DNA of 63,073 bases, filler included, from Octopus bimaculoides (taxonomy: Eukaryota): NCBI RefSeq assembly GCF_001194135.2. It is 6 parts of 5 records of this genome, joined end to end, with 100 filler letters (N's around TTAATTAATTAA, not from the genome) between each part and the next. Parts side by side here need not be neighbours in the genome. Positions count along the whole stretch, not along the records: positions 36,799 to 41,870 come from NC_068993.1; positions 41,971 to 60,321 come from NC_068981.1; 4 more parts are not named here. One strand, 5' to 3'. Numbering within the stretch: the stretch's first letter is position 1; every line of letters starts with the position of its first letter. A model generated the notes under the pieces. That model saw only the letters and a list, made by a program, of their open reading frames with translations, ran no database searches and was not told the DNA's origin. The translations under genes were made by a program, and so were the position numbers. Below, piece by piece: positions 39,391-51,470 of this stretch.

Positions 39391-41347
39391 ACATACAATA
39401 ATAGAGTAGTGCTGTCCAAAATAAACTTGGTACTGGCAATTAGTTAGCATCAAGCATTTACGTGGCTTGCAAAGATGACATAAAGCAGATGATACTCAAT
39501 CAACAAAGTTTAATAACCAATGTATGCTATACACATTGTCCTGTATTGAATATGGTGGAAATTTTGACAAGGTGGTTGCAGCTATACAATTTGTAGATTA
39601 GCAGTAAAATTGACTAATTTGGCGGTAATAAATTGATAACAGTAATAAATTGGAGAAGGCAAATCTATACTACATATATTTCAAGAAAAGCTGAACCTGT
39701 GTTATGTACCTTAATGGTGTAACGTGTAAATTCAGCTTGACATTTTCTTCAGGTACCTTTTCCTGTGGTCTACAAATTTATTGTGGCTAAGAGTGTTGGG
39801 CTCACAATCTTGAGGTAGTGAGTTTGATTCCTGGACCATGCTGTGCGTTGTGTTCTTGAGCAAGACACTTTATTTCACTTTGCTCCAGTTCACTCAGCTA
39901 CAGAAATGAGTTGTGATGTCACTGATGCCAAGCTGTGAAACAATTGTAGTACTCAACAACCTCTTTTGTCCCTTTTATTTACAGATTCGACCATCACATT
40001 ATAAGCAATGTTTATTGCTTTCAAAATGGAGTTGTATAACCTCTGTCATCTTATTGGAATGTTCTGTCTAATCTCAATATGGAACAAACTCTATTTCATG
40101 CATTGATTAATAAATTTTATCGTGCCTTCCTGTTTACTATGCAAGCTATGTTTCTGCTAGAGACTAGAAAACTGTGTTTTACCATGATCACTCAAATGAA
40201 CCTATATATATATATATACATACACACGCACATGCATCGATTTATCTACCTATCTATTTGTCTATATCTACAGAGGGTGAGAGATAGAGTAGTGGAAATA
40301 GATTAGTTATAGATATATTCATTAAGTACACACATACATGTATATATATATATCAGTGTATGTATGTATGTATGTATATATATATATTGGATAGGGAGAC
40401 ACACACGAATGTCTTCAATGTGTAAGAAATTGTAGGTCATCTTAATATGTGAAGCTTTCTGCTTTCAATGAATTGAGAATTATTCTATCCGGTATTATTT
40501 AGCCATATAAATGTTTTTTTTTCTCGGTTTGTTTTCTCTTGAGAAGTATTAACTTAAAAACTGAAAAAAAAAAGAAAAGAAACGAAAAACAAAAAAAAAA
40601 AAGGAAAACCCAATCCAAGTTTTAAAAATATTATAAAACATTTATCTCCCCGTTTCTCCCTATTTCTGAACTTTATGTCAACTGGGTTTATTTTCAGAAT
40701 TTATTTTAAAGTTCTTAATGTTTATTTAGTTTTTGTTTGATCATTAATTTTAAAAAATGTTATTAACTTTTTATTTTGGGGCTGTCATCCCCCAACAGTC
40801 TCCCTATCCAATATTTTTGGTCATGGCTGCAGATTAAATTACAAGGTCTCTGAGACTTTGGCTAAATTTGTCAGAAAGAATGCTCCAGCACTAATGCTAC
40901 TACTCATACGTAACAGGACGCCCCTTGGCTCAGACCCAGTGTTTGGATGTGTGTGTATGTGTGACACAGAGAGAGAGAGGAGTATGGATAGACAGAGATG
41001 GAGCAAGAGAGAGGAATATGGAGAGTGTGAGATAGTGAGAAAGATTGAGAGAAAGACATTTGTATGGCTCTCCTGTGTGACTCCCAATACATGTGCCATC
41101 CATTCAATTTCACTTGCTGCACTGGATACACAATTGAACACATACACTAGATATTAAAAAAAAAATTTTTTTTTTAAATAAAGTCAAGTTATCTGTCTAT
41201 GTTAGTAAGATAAATAAACAGACTTAGGTTGTTTATAGTTGTTTTTTTTTGGGGGGGGGGTCTTTTCCCTCTTACTACAGTTGGGTTAGAGGGATTCACT
41301 ATTTCAAATTCAATTACCTCATTAAACTTAAATTCTATTTGACTTTA

Positions 41348-41388
<41 letters not shown>

Positions 41389-41711
41389 TACATATGTGTG
41401 TGGCTGTATAGACGTAGATGTTTACATATATACACATATTTAACAACTTGCAAAAAACGCCCAGACATTTATAAATACATATATATGCTTACATGAATAC
41501 ACACACACACACACACACATGCTTATGCACATGAATTCACTGAAATTGGAGTAAAATCACTCAAACATTCTTGTACACTTATTCGCAGATTTGCAAACAT
41601 GTATATATATGTATATATTTATATAAGAACAATAATATTCCTAAAAATGATATCACTAGTGGCCATAATGCATACAGCCATATAGGCAAATTAATAAAAT
41701 AAATATAATAT

Positions 41712-41758
<47 letters not shown>

Positions 41759-41914
41759 TGTAGTATATTGTCTACCTAATGTGACAATCCCAATAAGGGA
41801 ATACACTACTGCTGTTTAGCCCTAGGAAGCTGGACCGCTTCCTGTCGGCCTTGACACAATTACTGTGTCCNNNNNNNNNNNNNNNNNNNNNNNNNNNNNN
41901 NNNNNNNNNNNNNN

Positions 41915-41926
41915 TTAATTAATTAA
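41915..41926. other. Assembly artefact linker TTAATTAATTAA in a 100-bp gap
   Basis: 44 N on each side. Confidence 0.95.
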
Positions 41927-41970
41927 NNNNNNNNNNNNNNNNNNNNNNNNNNNNNNNNNNNNNNNNNNNN

Positions 41971-42243
41971 TTTCCTCTTTTCAGAGTTGCTTTGGCACAT
42001 TTTTCTAATCCGAATTTCATATCTATTTCCTTGGTAAAGCCATGTACTGTCTGTAGTAGTGTTTCTAGCTCTTTGTCGTTTTTAGCATATAATTTTTGGT
42101 TATCCATATATAGAAGGTGGCTGACTGTTTTTCCGTAGCATTTGTAACCGCATCCAGTTCTATTTAGCAATTCAGTTAAAGGTGTGAGAGCCAGGCAGAA
42201 CAGGAGTGGAGAGAGCGTGTCTCCCTGGAATATTCCTCTTCTT
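41971..42243 (-). mobile_element. R4/Dong-type LINE RT fragment, 5'-truncated at a (TAA)n(AAG)n tract; 3' part lost in the gap
   Basis: RRGIFQGDTLSPLLFCLALTPLTELLNRTG...SHLLYMDNQKLYAK...FGLEKCA. Confidence 0.88.
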
Positions 42244-42263
42244 TCTTCTTCTTCTTCTTCTTC

Positions 42264-42299
<36 letters not shown>

Positions 42300-42513
42300 G
42301 GTGAGCTGGCAGAATTGTTTGCATGCCAGGCAGAATGCTTACCCAGCATTTCGTCCATCCTTACGTTTTGAGTTCAAATTCCACTGAGGTCAACTTTGCT
42401 TTTCATCCTTTCCAGGTCAATTAAATAAGTACCAGTTACACACTGGGGTTGATGTAGTCACTTAATCCCCTCCTCCAAGCTGCCCTTGTAGCAAAAACTT
42501 GAAATCGTTATTA

Positions 42514-42545
<32 letters not shown>

Positions 42546-43535
42546 GTTGTTATTATTATTATTATTGTTATTATTATTATTATTGTTATTATTATTATCA
42601 TTATTATTATTAGGTGAACTGGCAGAATCGTTAGCACGCCAGGCAGAATGCTTAGCAGCATTTCATCTGTTCTTATGCTCTGAGTTCAAATCCTGCCAAA
42701 GTCGACTTTGCCTTTCATCCTTTCAGAGTCGATAAATTAAGTACCAGTTGCATACCGGAGTCAATATAATCAACTGTTGCCCTCCCCATCAAAAATTTCA
42801 GGTTTTGTACCTTTAGTAGAAAGGATTATTATTAATAATCCTTTCAGGGGTCNNNNNNNNNNNNNNNNNNNNNNNNNNNNNNNNNNNNNNNNNNNNNNNN
42901 NNNNNNNNNNNNNNNNNNNNNNNNNNNNNNNNNNNNNNNNNNNNNNNNNNNNNNNNNNNNNNNNNNNNNNNNNNNNNNNNNNNNNNNNNNNNNNNNNNNN
43001 NNNNNNNNNNNNNNNNNNNNNNNNNNNNNNNNNNNNNNNNNNNNNNNNNNNNNNNNNNNNNNNNNNNNNNNNAATGAAATAAGTACCAGTTGTGCACTGG
43101 GGATCGATGTAATCATCTTATCCCCACTCCGCCCCCCCCCCAAGCTGCTCTTATGGCAAAAATTTCAAATAATAAATTAAGTACAAGTTGTGTACTGGGG
43201 TCGATCTAATTGACAGGCCCCCTTCCCAAAATTTCAGGCCTTGTGCCTCCAGTAGAAAGGATTGTTATTATTATTATTATTATTATCAAGGTGGTGAGCT
43301 GGCAGAATTGTTAGCATGCCAGACAAAATTCTTAGCTGTATTTTGACTTGTTATGTTCTAAATGAAAAATCCCACAGAGGTCAATTTTGTCTTACACCCT
43401 TTTGCGGGGTCAATAAAAAGGGAACCAGTGAAGTACTGCGGTAGATGTAATCTACTTACTCCCTTCCTCCCCACTCCACCCCCAAAATTTCAAGCCTTGT
43501 GCCTATAATAGAAAGGATTATTATTATTATTATTG
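42300..43535 (+). mobile_element. Head-to-tail cluster of at least 4-5 group B tRNA-headed SINEs separated by (TAT)n
   Basis: Heads GGTGAGCTGGCAGAA at 42300, 42612 and 43292; B-box-like GAGTTCAAAT; tails AAATTTCAGGCCTTGTGCCT...AGAAAGG(ATT)n. Partial copies at 43073-43290. A further copy at about 44115-44280. Confidence 0.85.
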
Positions 43536-44100
43536 CTGACCTGTGGGTTTATGTAGGATGGATCCGGCTATCAGCTGAATCTATTGTGAAGATTGCCCTA
43601 CCGTCCCCTTTTGGCTGAGAGGGGCAGGCAATTTTTATTTGTCTAGTGGCTGTAGCGAAAGAGATAGTATGGTGGACCCCTTTGAAAGGGCTAAAGACAA
43701 ACACTTTCCACTTTGGCCAAGCCCTCATCAACATTTTCAAGTTTAACTTGAAAAGAAAGTTAAGGATGGAGAGAGGGAAGTGTTGCCTTGTAGCAAGTTC
43801 ATTGAAAAGTGGGTGAATGTTGGAAGAATGGCCAATGTGAAAGGATCAATTTTGAGTGTGCACCTGTAAAAAGGAAATCACAGGAGAAGGGCTCTTGTCC
43901 TGTTGATCAGGCACCCGTGGTTTTTTCCACAAGGACCTTAAAGCACCTCCCCTATTCGGAGTTTTAATTTGTTTAATTTTTTAATGTTATTTTTGTTTAC
44001 ACACTGTAAAACCCATTGTATTGTCCCGTTTTTGTCTTTTATGTTGTTGCATGTCCTTTAATGTTATTGTATGTGAGCCCTCGCGGTTAATAAAAGAATT
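43535..44100 (+). mobile_element. L1/Tx1-type LINE 3' end (ORF2 C-terminus plus 3' UTR)
   Basis: RLSAESIVKIALP...CLVAVAKEIVWWTPLKGLKT...FKFNLKRKLRMER...FIEKWVNV, then T-rich UTR and AATAAAA. Clade call rests on my recall of the L1/Tx1 C-terminal pattern. Confidence 0.65.
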
Positions 44101-44459
44101 TATTATTACTATTATTGGTGAAGCAGAATCCTTCTGCCAAATAGAATGTTTAGCAGCATTTCTTCTGGTTCTTTATGTTCTTAGTTCAAATTCCACTGAG
44201 GATGACTTTGCCTTTCATCCTTTGAGGGTCAATAAAATAAGTACCTGTCACATACTGGGGTTGATGCAGTGAACTGCTCAGTTCTCAGGCTATGTCGTGA
44301 TATTTCCCGACATTTTTCAATTTCTTTGGTATTGACTCTGCTATCATAAGGAATTGCAAAATCCATGATTTTGCAAAGTCTGTTTGTCCTCTATAATCAT
44401 GTCTGGTTTTCTTGCTTATGTTGTATGGTTAGTCTTTATAGCTTATTATCATTATTTTC

Positions 44460-44673
44460 ATTATCATCTTCTTTCAATTCTGTTTCCATTTCTTGCTGAG
44501 TATCTTCCTGACACCTAGGGCAGAGAAACGCACCATATACATTAAAATAAACACACCAGATTGTCCATTTACAAAGTCATGTGATAGAGAAAAGGGGAAG
44601 AAAGACAGAGAAAATGGAAAAAATTCAAAGCCTTCTGAGTGGATTTGGTAGACAGGAACTGTAAGAAGCCTGT

Positions 44674-44711
<38 letters not shown>

Positions 44712-45406
44712 AGTTTGTCCCTCCACCATCACTTGACAACTGATGTTGGTGTGTTTACGTCCCCGTAACTTAACGGTTCAGCAAAAGAGACCGATAGAAT
44801 AAGTACTAGGCTTACAAAGAATAAGTCCTGGGGTCGATTTGCTCAACTAAAGGCGGTGCTCCAGTATGGCCGCAGTCAAATGATTGAAATGAATAAAAGA
44901 ATAAAATAAATACGTAAACAAATAAAATAAAGAGGGTAAAAGAGAAAGAAAAATTCAGTGACAATGCTCTTTTCAATACATGTGACGTACCAGTTAAGAC
45001 AATCTTTTGCACTTCCTGCATGGATGGTAAGCCAGGGATCATTCTTAAATAATTTTCAGTTCCGTTTTTGATCATTCCAAGTGCTCCTACAATCATTGGT
45101 ATTGTAACTGTCTTGAGATGCCACATCCTTTCAATTTCGATTAGCAGATCTTTATATTTTCTGAGCTTACCAAATTCTTTTGCCGAGATATTATGGTCAC
45201 AGGGTTTGTTCATGTCAATCAATAAACAGACTTTATTGCTTTTGTCTTTCACAACATCTGGTTTGCTTGCTTTGATGGTCCTATCTGTACATACTGGGAA
45301 GTCCCAAAGAATCGTTACATTTTCTCCCTCAGTTACAGCCTCAGGGTGGTGCTTGTACCATTTGTCAGCAGTTTTGATTTTATAATGCTGACACATTATC
45401 CAGTGT
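44460..45406 (-). mobile_element. R4/Dong-type LINE 3' end (RLE domain and 3' UTR), split by a SINE A insertion
   Basis: ORF 44812-45396: KWYKHHPE...ILWDFPVCTDRTIKASKPD...IDMNKPCDHNISAKEFGKLRKYKDL..EIERMW...IVGALG. The 3' UTR at about 44460-44600 matches 10440-10560. The 5' end abuts (TAT)n. Confidence 0.9.
44624..44905 (+). mobile_element. SINE group A (5'-truncated) inserted in the Dong-type 3' UTR
   Basis: AAGCCTTCTGAGTGGATTTGGTAGAC...AAAGGCGGTGCTCCAGTATGGCCGCAGTCAAATGA. Confidence 0.85.
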
Positions 45407-45421
45407 CATTATTATTATTAT

Positions 45422-45965
45422 TACTATTGAGTGAGAGAGCAGTGCATGCCATCAAAGTGACACTGGGGTAAAATATACGAAGCCCATTATACCCATCATG
45501 ACTACCCGTCTGATAAGGGTACACCAGGCACATGCATCACAACCATGTGTGCATGACATGGTGATCTCACATCAAGATAAACAGTGCATAACCTTGCAGG
45601 TGGGGCCCAGTTAGTATTTTCTTCAGGTCGAGTAACCCATCCCACTCAAAAGGTCCCTGAATAAGGGTTATTTAAGGACGTTTCCAGAAGTGAATTATCC
45701 AAACCCCAAAGAATTCCTCTTAACACATGGCTATGATGCTCCTCCACTACTTCTGCTCATGATCAGAGATGCACATCTCGTCAGCCACCAAGGGACATGC
45801 TCAACTGATGAAGGCCAGACAACTGAGAAGCAAATCTGTGATTTTGAGCAGAATATTTGCTGTAGCCCATCTTTTATACCAAGACAAAACAACGTACATG
45901 ATAACACTTCCAATCAGTTAAGATCAGAAGCCAGGAGAGCCACTGCCTGGTACTGCATCCGGGCA
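45422..45965. mobile_element. Unclassified ~540-bp insert flanked on both sides by (TAA)n
   Basis: Sharp transitions from TAT tracts to higher-complexity sequence, no ORF. Repeat status is recalled, not shown within the window. Confidence 0.35.
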
Positions 45966-45990
45966 ATTATTATTATTATTATTATTATTT

Positions 45991-46357
45991 CTTGTCTTTG
46001 CACAGCTTCTAATGCTGGAGATGTACTACGGTGTCAGCTGTTCCCTACCAGTGAACTAAGGTAACACCCCTTATTTTTCGAGCACCTTCCAGAGTACTTG
46101 AGCTGTTCCAAGCAGTGCTGTTTTCTGCAAGTGCTCCACCCTTATTGCAGCCCCTATTTGTTCCACATGCTTCTCGAGATTTTTACTCACTGTTCCCAGG
46201 GCTCTGACAATTATTGGTACTACTGCTACCTTTTTCATCAACCACAGCTGCTTAACTTCCCAAGCTAACCTGTCATATCTCTCAACTTTTCTTTCTTACT
46301 TATCGCATATCTTGATGTCAGCTGGGCATGCTATATCTATGATACAGCATAGTTTGT
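45991..46357 (-). mobile_element. R4/Dong-type LINE 3' end (another subfamily) inside a (TAA)n tract
   Basis: IIDIACPADIKICDK*EKVERYDRLAWEVKQLW...VPIIVRALGTVSK...HLQKTALLGTAQVLWKVLEK*. (TAT)n on both sides. Confidence 0.88.
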
Positions 46358-46377
46358 TTTTTTATTATTATTATTAA

Positions 46378-46416
<39 letters not shown>

Positions 46417-46960
46417 CTGTTTTATTTTCCCATATGGATTATATTGAATACCTTTCTGTTGTAATGTACAAATTATTTGAAATTGTAACCATATTATGAA
46501 CATTCAGTTTGGTCAACCAAACAGAGTAGAATATGTCTTTCAGGTATTTTATCTCCAAGACATTTCGGCATTATCCTTTACAAGAGCCTTCTGACCTCAG
46601 CAGAATGACATTATAATATATAATGTATGTTATCCAATATGAAGAAGAATTTATAATGGCTAAGAAGTTTCATTAACTTGCAGTTACACTTGTTTATCAT
46701 CCAGAAATAAATGTTTTCTGTTATGTGTGTATCCTCAAGTTGACATAGACTTTGGAAACGTAATGGTGTAATTTGAGAGACAGAAGCTGTGCGGAAGCCT
46801 GTTGTGAGTGTGTGTGTATGTATATATATATATATATATGGAGAGAGAGAGAGAGTGAGAGAGAGGGGGGGGCAGACAGACAGAGATTTTGAAGTGATGT
46901 ACAGATATTGTATATTTAGAATAATACAGTAGTCAGAATGTTGGATGATTATATATATAT

Positions 46961-47347
46961 CTCTTTTACTTGTTTCAGTCATTTGACTGTGGCCATACTG
47001 GAGCACCGCCTTTAGTCGAGCAAATCAATCCTATGACTTATTCTTTGTAAGCCTAGTACTTATTCTATCGGTCTCTTTTGCCAAACCGCTAAGTTACAGG
47101 GACATAAACACACCAGCATCGGTTGTCAAGTAATGCTAGGGGGACAAACACAGACACACAAACACACACATATATATACATATATACGTCAGGCTTCTTT
47201 CAGTTTCCGTCTACCAAATCCACTCACAAGGCTTTGGTCAGCCCGAGGCTATAGCAGAAGACACTTGCCCAAGGTGCCACGCAATGGGACTGAACCCGGA
47301 ACCATGTGGTTGGTAAGCAAGCTACTTACCACACAGCCACTCCTGCG
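46961..47347 (-). mobile_element. SINE group A, full length
   Basis: Minus-strand head CGCAGGAGTGGCTGTGTGGTAAG...GGGTTCAGTCCC (A/B boxes), core GGCACCTTGGGCAAGTGTCTTCT, internal (TG)n, tail TGACTGAAACAAGTAAAAGAG. Confidence 0.9.
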
Positions 47348-47379
47348 ACATTTTAAGCACTTTCTTCTGTTATCGGATC

Positions 47380-48287
47380 TACCATTATGCTCCAGAGGTG
47401 TTCAATAAAGTTCATATCTGCTGACTGGGTTGGCTATGGAAGCTTTCTAATGTCATTCTCTTCCAACCAATTTTGGGTCCTTTTAGCTGTGTGACAACAA
47501 ATAAAGAGTCTTCTTAAATCATTTCACTACTGGGGAAGATCAGAAGGTGTCCTTTCTGCAACATGGGCACATATTCATCTGAGTTTATGTTTCCATCACA
47601 CTCCACCAGCTCTGATCAACCATTGTTCCAAATTGTTGTCCAAACCATCACAAAGTAGCTGCCGTGTTTCACTGTTGGCAGCAAATTCTTGATCACAGAG
47701 TCTCCAGACACACACTTGACCACTGTCAGAAAATAGAGCAAATTTGGACTCATCAGGGAATATGACCGTCCCAAAATGCTAGTGGCGTCTCCACCATCTC
47801 CCTGGCCTAATCTTTTCTCTGCTTCATGTTGGCTGGTCAAAGAAGTGGCTTCCTTCTTGCTGCTCTGCCGTAATAACCAAGTTTGTGGAGATACCTGAGA
47901 GCTGTTCTGGGACTGATATTAACTTGTTCTGCTATATTCAGAGGCCTTGCAATGAGGATTATCATCCACACTTCCCTTAGCAAAGAGAAGGGTCCTGTCA
48001 GAGGGCCCTGGTTGATCTGAGTGAGGCGATGTGCCCTCTTTCCCCTCACTGGTGAATTGCACAATCACTCTCTGTAGAAAGCAGGATCCCAAGGTTTCTA
48101 CAATTTTACACCTTGAGATTAACCCATAATATAGCTTCTTTGAAATTCAGACACTTTCGAGGTTTCTTTTCTATGTGGCATGATTAAACAGTCACATTAT
48201 AGAACCTAAAACATAAATAAGTAAAATAATAAAAAAATATACACCTTTTCAAATTAAAATACACATAAAACGATGTTCTATGGAGTG
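47380..48287 (-). mobile_element. Tc1 (DD34E-type) transposon, decayed
   Basis: NISPRTALRYLHKLGYYGRAARRKPLL; DESKF; PTVKHG..VMVW; CHTAKRTQNWLEENDI..LP*PTQSADMNFIEHLW. Possible left terminus near 48287. Confidence 0.82.
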
Positions 48288-49294
48288 TCAATTTACTTCT
48301 GTCATGTCTGTACATATCACTCTATTGGCCAGACTATCAGATGTTGTTACATACCACTGGCCACAATGCACTTTCTTACATTGTTACAGCTTTCAAATAA
48401 TGCCACCCTGCTGCATAGGTAGGCAGGCCAACATTTCCCCTGAACAGGATACCAGTCCATGGTAGGGTTACCCATTTACAAGGGGCTGAAACAACAGGAA
48501 CTGAAGAGTTGATCAACATTAAGACATTTCTCAAGAGGTACCACACTGTAGGATTGAACCCAAAACCAGATGGTTGCAAAAGTGAGCTTCTTCATCAAAG
48601 TTTGCCTTTACTTCTCCTCCACCCTACCCCTGTCTTCACCATTACCTCTCTTTAATCATTTAGCAATTATTTTCATTTCACATCCGGTCACTCAACAAAC
48701 TTGCAAAATCTCACCAAGGAATTCTGAACTCAAAAGATAACACATATTCGTTAATTTTTAATTTATTTTTGTCGTCATTTAATCAGCAGTAATCTCCTAT
48801 CACCGTTAATTACAGTAATAAACATGGCGTCCAACAAACAAAACATGACACGCACACACACACACACACTTTTTCATACACACAATAACACACTCAAACT
48901 CACAAATACAAACACACACACACACACACAAAGTAAAGAAGGTAATTTCAAATTTGAATGGTTGCCCAGAACTGTTGTTAAAATGGTAACCTGATAATAT
49001 ATTAAAGAGAGAGAGAGTATAACGAACACTGTATGAGTAAACTGCTTGGATGAAACGCATGAAATAAATATGCCTTCCTCAAGGCTGGAGGGTTGATGGC
49101 CTCAGATACATTTACCATTCCTTGCAACAAGAAGCAGTCTTGTGCTGAGTCAGTGCTGAGTCAGGCTCCTTCCTCTTTGTCCGATCCTTGATGTCAACAC
49201 TCCTTCTTCGTCTTCACCATCCGTGAGCTCAGTTTTTCTATTGGCTCAGATCCTGATGATGTAAGTACAGAAGTTCTGGATCCTGATATCTCTT

Positions 49295-49885
49295 TTCTTT
49301 TACTTGTTTCAGTCATTAGACTGCGGCCATGCTGGAGCACCACCTTGAAGAAATTTTTAGATGAAGGAATCGATCCCAGCACCTTCTTTTTTGTAATCCT
49401 CTATCAGCTCTTTTGCCAAACCACTAAGTTATAGGGATGTAAACACACCGACACCAGTCATCAAGTGGTGGTGGGTGACAAACACAGAAAAACACACACA
49501 CATATCATATATCACAGGCTTCTTTTCAGTTTCCCTCAGTCAAATTCATTCACAAGGCTTCGGTCACCCTGAGGCTATAGTAGAAGACACTTGCCCAAGG
49601 TTCTACACAGTGGGACTGAACCTAGAAGCATGTGGTCGGGAAGCAAACTTCTAACCACACAGCCATTCCTGTGTCTATATATCTTTTATCTTTTACTTGT
49701 TTCAGTCATTAGACTGCGGCCATGCTGGGGCACCACCTTGAAGAATTTTTAGTTGAATGGTTTGACTCCAGTACATTTTTTAAAGCCTGGTACTTATCTT
49801 ATCAGTCTCTTTTGCTAAACCACTAAGTTACAAGGACATAAACACACCAACACCTGTTGTCAAGCACTGGTGGAGGACAAACACA
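49295..49885 (-). mobile_element. Two tandem SINE group A copies (about 49295-49675 near full length; about 49683-49885 3' part)
   Basis: Both begin TTTTACTTGTTTCAGTCATTAGACTGCGGCCATGCTG on the plus strand; the first reaches the head CCACACAGCCA. Confidence 0.85.
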
Positions 49886-49967
49886 AACACACACATATAT
49901 GCTTCGTTTTTGTATTTGGTTTGCAAGATTCTTTATGTGAATTCGTGTGTTGCAGCGTATTTTATTT

Positions 49968-50598
49968 TCTGGGGAGGGTCATTCTCCTTGAGTGCCTTAT
50001 TAATTTAACACACTCACTGGTCTGGTTTCCACTCATTTAATTATTTATTTTGCAAGACACAATGAAAAAATTTAGAAAAAAATAAATAAGTAGGTGCAGG
50101 AGTGGTTGTGTGGTAAGTAGCTTGCTTACCAGCCACATGGTCCCAAGTTCAGTCCTACTACGTGGCACCTTGGACAATCATCTTCTACTTTAGCCTCGGG
50201 CCAACCAAAGCCTTCTGAGCAGATTTGGTAGACGGAAACTGAAAGAAACCCGTCGTATATATATATCTGTGTGTGTGTGTGTGTGTGTGTGAGTGTGTGT
50301 GTGTGTGTGTGTGTGCATATATGTATATGCTTGTGTGTCTGTGTTTGTCTCCCCACTATCACTTGACAACTGATGTTGGTTTGTTTACGTACTCGTTACT
50401 TAGCAGTTGGGCAAAAGAGACCGATAGAATAAGTACAAAGAATAAGTCCTGGGGTCGATTTGTTTGACTAAAGGCAGTGCTCCAGCATGGCCACAGTCAA
50501 ATAACTGAAACAAGTAAAAGAGTAAGTAATTAAGTGGAAATCAAACCAGTGAGTGTGTTAAATTAATAAGGCACTAAAAGAGAATGACCCTCCCCAGA
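49968..50598. repeat. Fold-back element: 66-bp inverted arms (49968-50033 / 50533-50598) with a SINE inserted in the spacer
   Basis: Arms match at 62 of 66 positions by my alignment. Confidence 0.85.
50093..50522 (+). mobile_element. SINE group A, full length, with candidate TAAGTA target-site duplication
   Basis: Head GGTGCAGGAGTGGTTGTGTGG...AAGTTCAGTCC; tail CAAGTAAAAGAG; TAAGTA at 50087-50092 and 50523-50528. Confidence 0.88.
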
Positions 50599-50624
50599 TA
50601 CAATAATATATATATATATATATA

Positions 50625-50790
50625 CACACACATGGCAGGCTTCTTTCAGTTTCCGTTTACCAAATCCACTCACAAGTCTTTGGATGACCTGAGGCTATAG
50701 TTGAAGACACTTGCCCAAGGTACCACACAATGGGACTGAACCCAGACTCATGTGGTTGTGAACCAAGCTTCTTACCATACAGCCATGCTT
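50625..50790 (-). mobile_element. SINE group A head fragment
   Basis: GGCTTCTTTCAGTTTCCG...GAAGACACTTGCCCAAGG...GGGACTGAACCC. Confidence 0.8.
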
Positions 50791-51231
50791 CTGCCTGATA
50801 ACATATCTCATATACCATATTTAATAGCATATAAGATGTGTTTCTTTTTTACCCCTACCAAAAAGCATCTCAGATAAATCATCCCAGGTCCTCTATGCAA
50901 AGTTGGGACTATATTACATGTTTCTGAACCTGCGCTGCTGAAATAGAGGTGTGTCTAATAGAGGTATGTCTATGCATAAATGATGTATTAGTTGGAGATT
51001 TGCCTTCATCTTAATTGTTGCTATACACTACGCTTTGGCTGTGTACACTGCAGCCTTCTTCAGAAATGTAGTGAAATGTAACAACCAAGATGAGGACATC
51101 ACTCAAACTAATGCATAAAATGTAAAAACTCTTTATCTCAGAAATACAGGATTGTTTCATCTAATTGGTACGGAGCTGACATAAGACATCAATGGAGGTT
51201 TACAAGCCTTGAAAATTCACTCAGTTATTGC

Positions 51232-51470
51232 CTACGGCCATAGCATATGGGCATAGCATACAAGCATGGTGTACGGGCATAGCATACAGTTATAGTGTAC
51301 AGGCGTAGCATACAGACAGTGTTCAGGCATGCCGTATGGGTATGGCATATGAGCATGGCGTACGAGTATGGCATACGTGCTTGGTGTACGGCCATGGCAT
51401 AAGAGCATAGCATACAGGCATTGTGTATGGGCATAGCGTACAGACATAGCTTACGGGCATAGCATACAGA
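51232..51470. repeat. Diverged 13-bp minisatellite, consensus about ACGGGCATAGCAT, roughly 18 units
   Basis: Units parse in 13-bp phase, e.g. ATGGGCATAGCAT, ACAAGCATGGTGT, ACGGGCATAGCAT, ACAGGCGTAGCAT. Confidence 0.8.

Noticed and set aside
45806-45840. CTGATGA suggesting a hammerhead
   Set aside because: No helix II or GAAA follows. The CTGATGAAAC at 30045 is likewise just the transposase FTDET codons.
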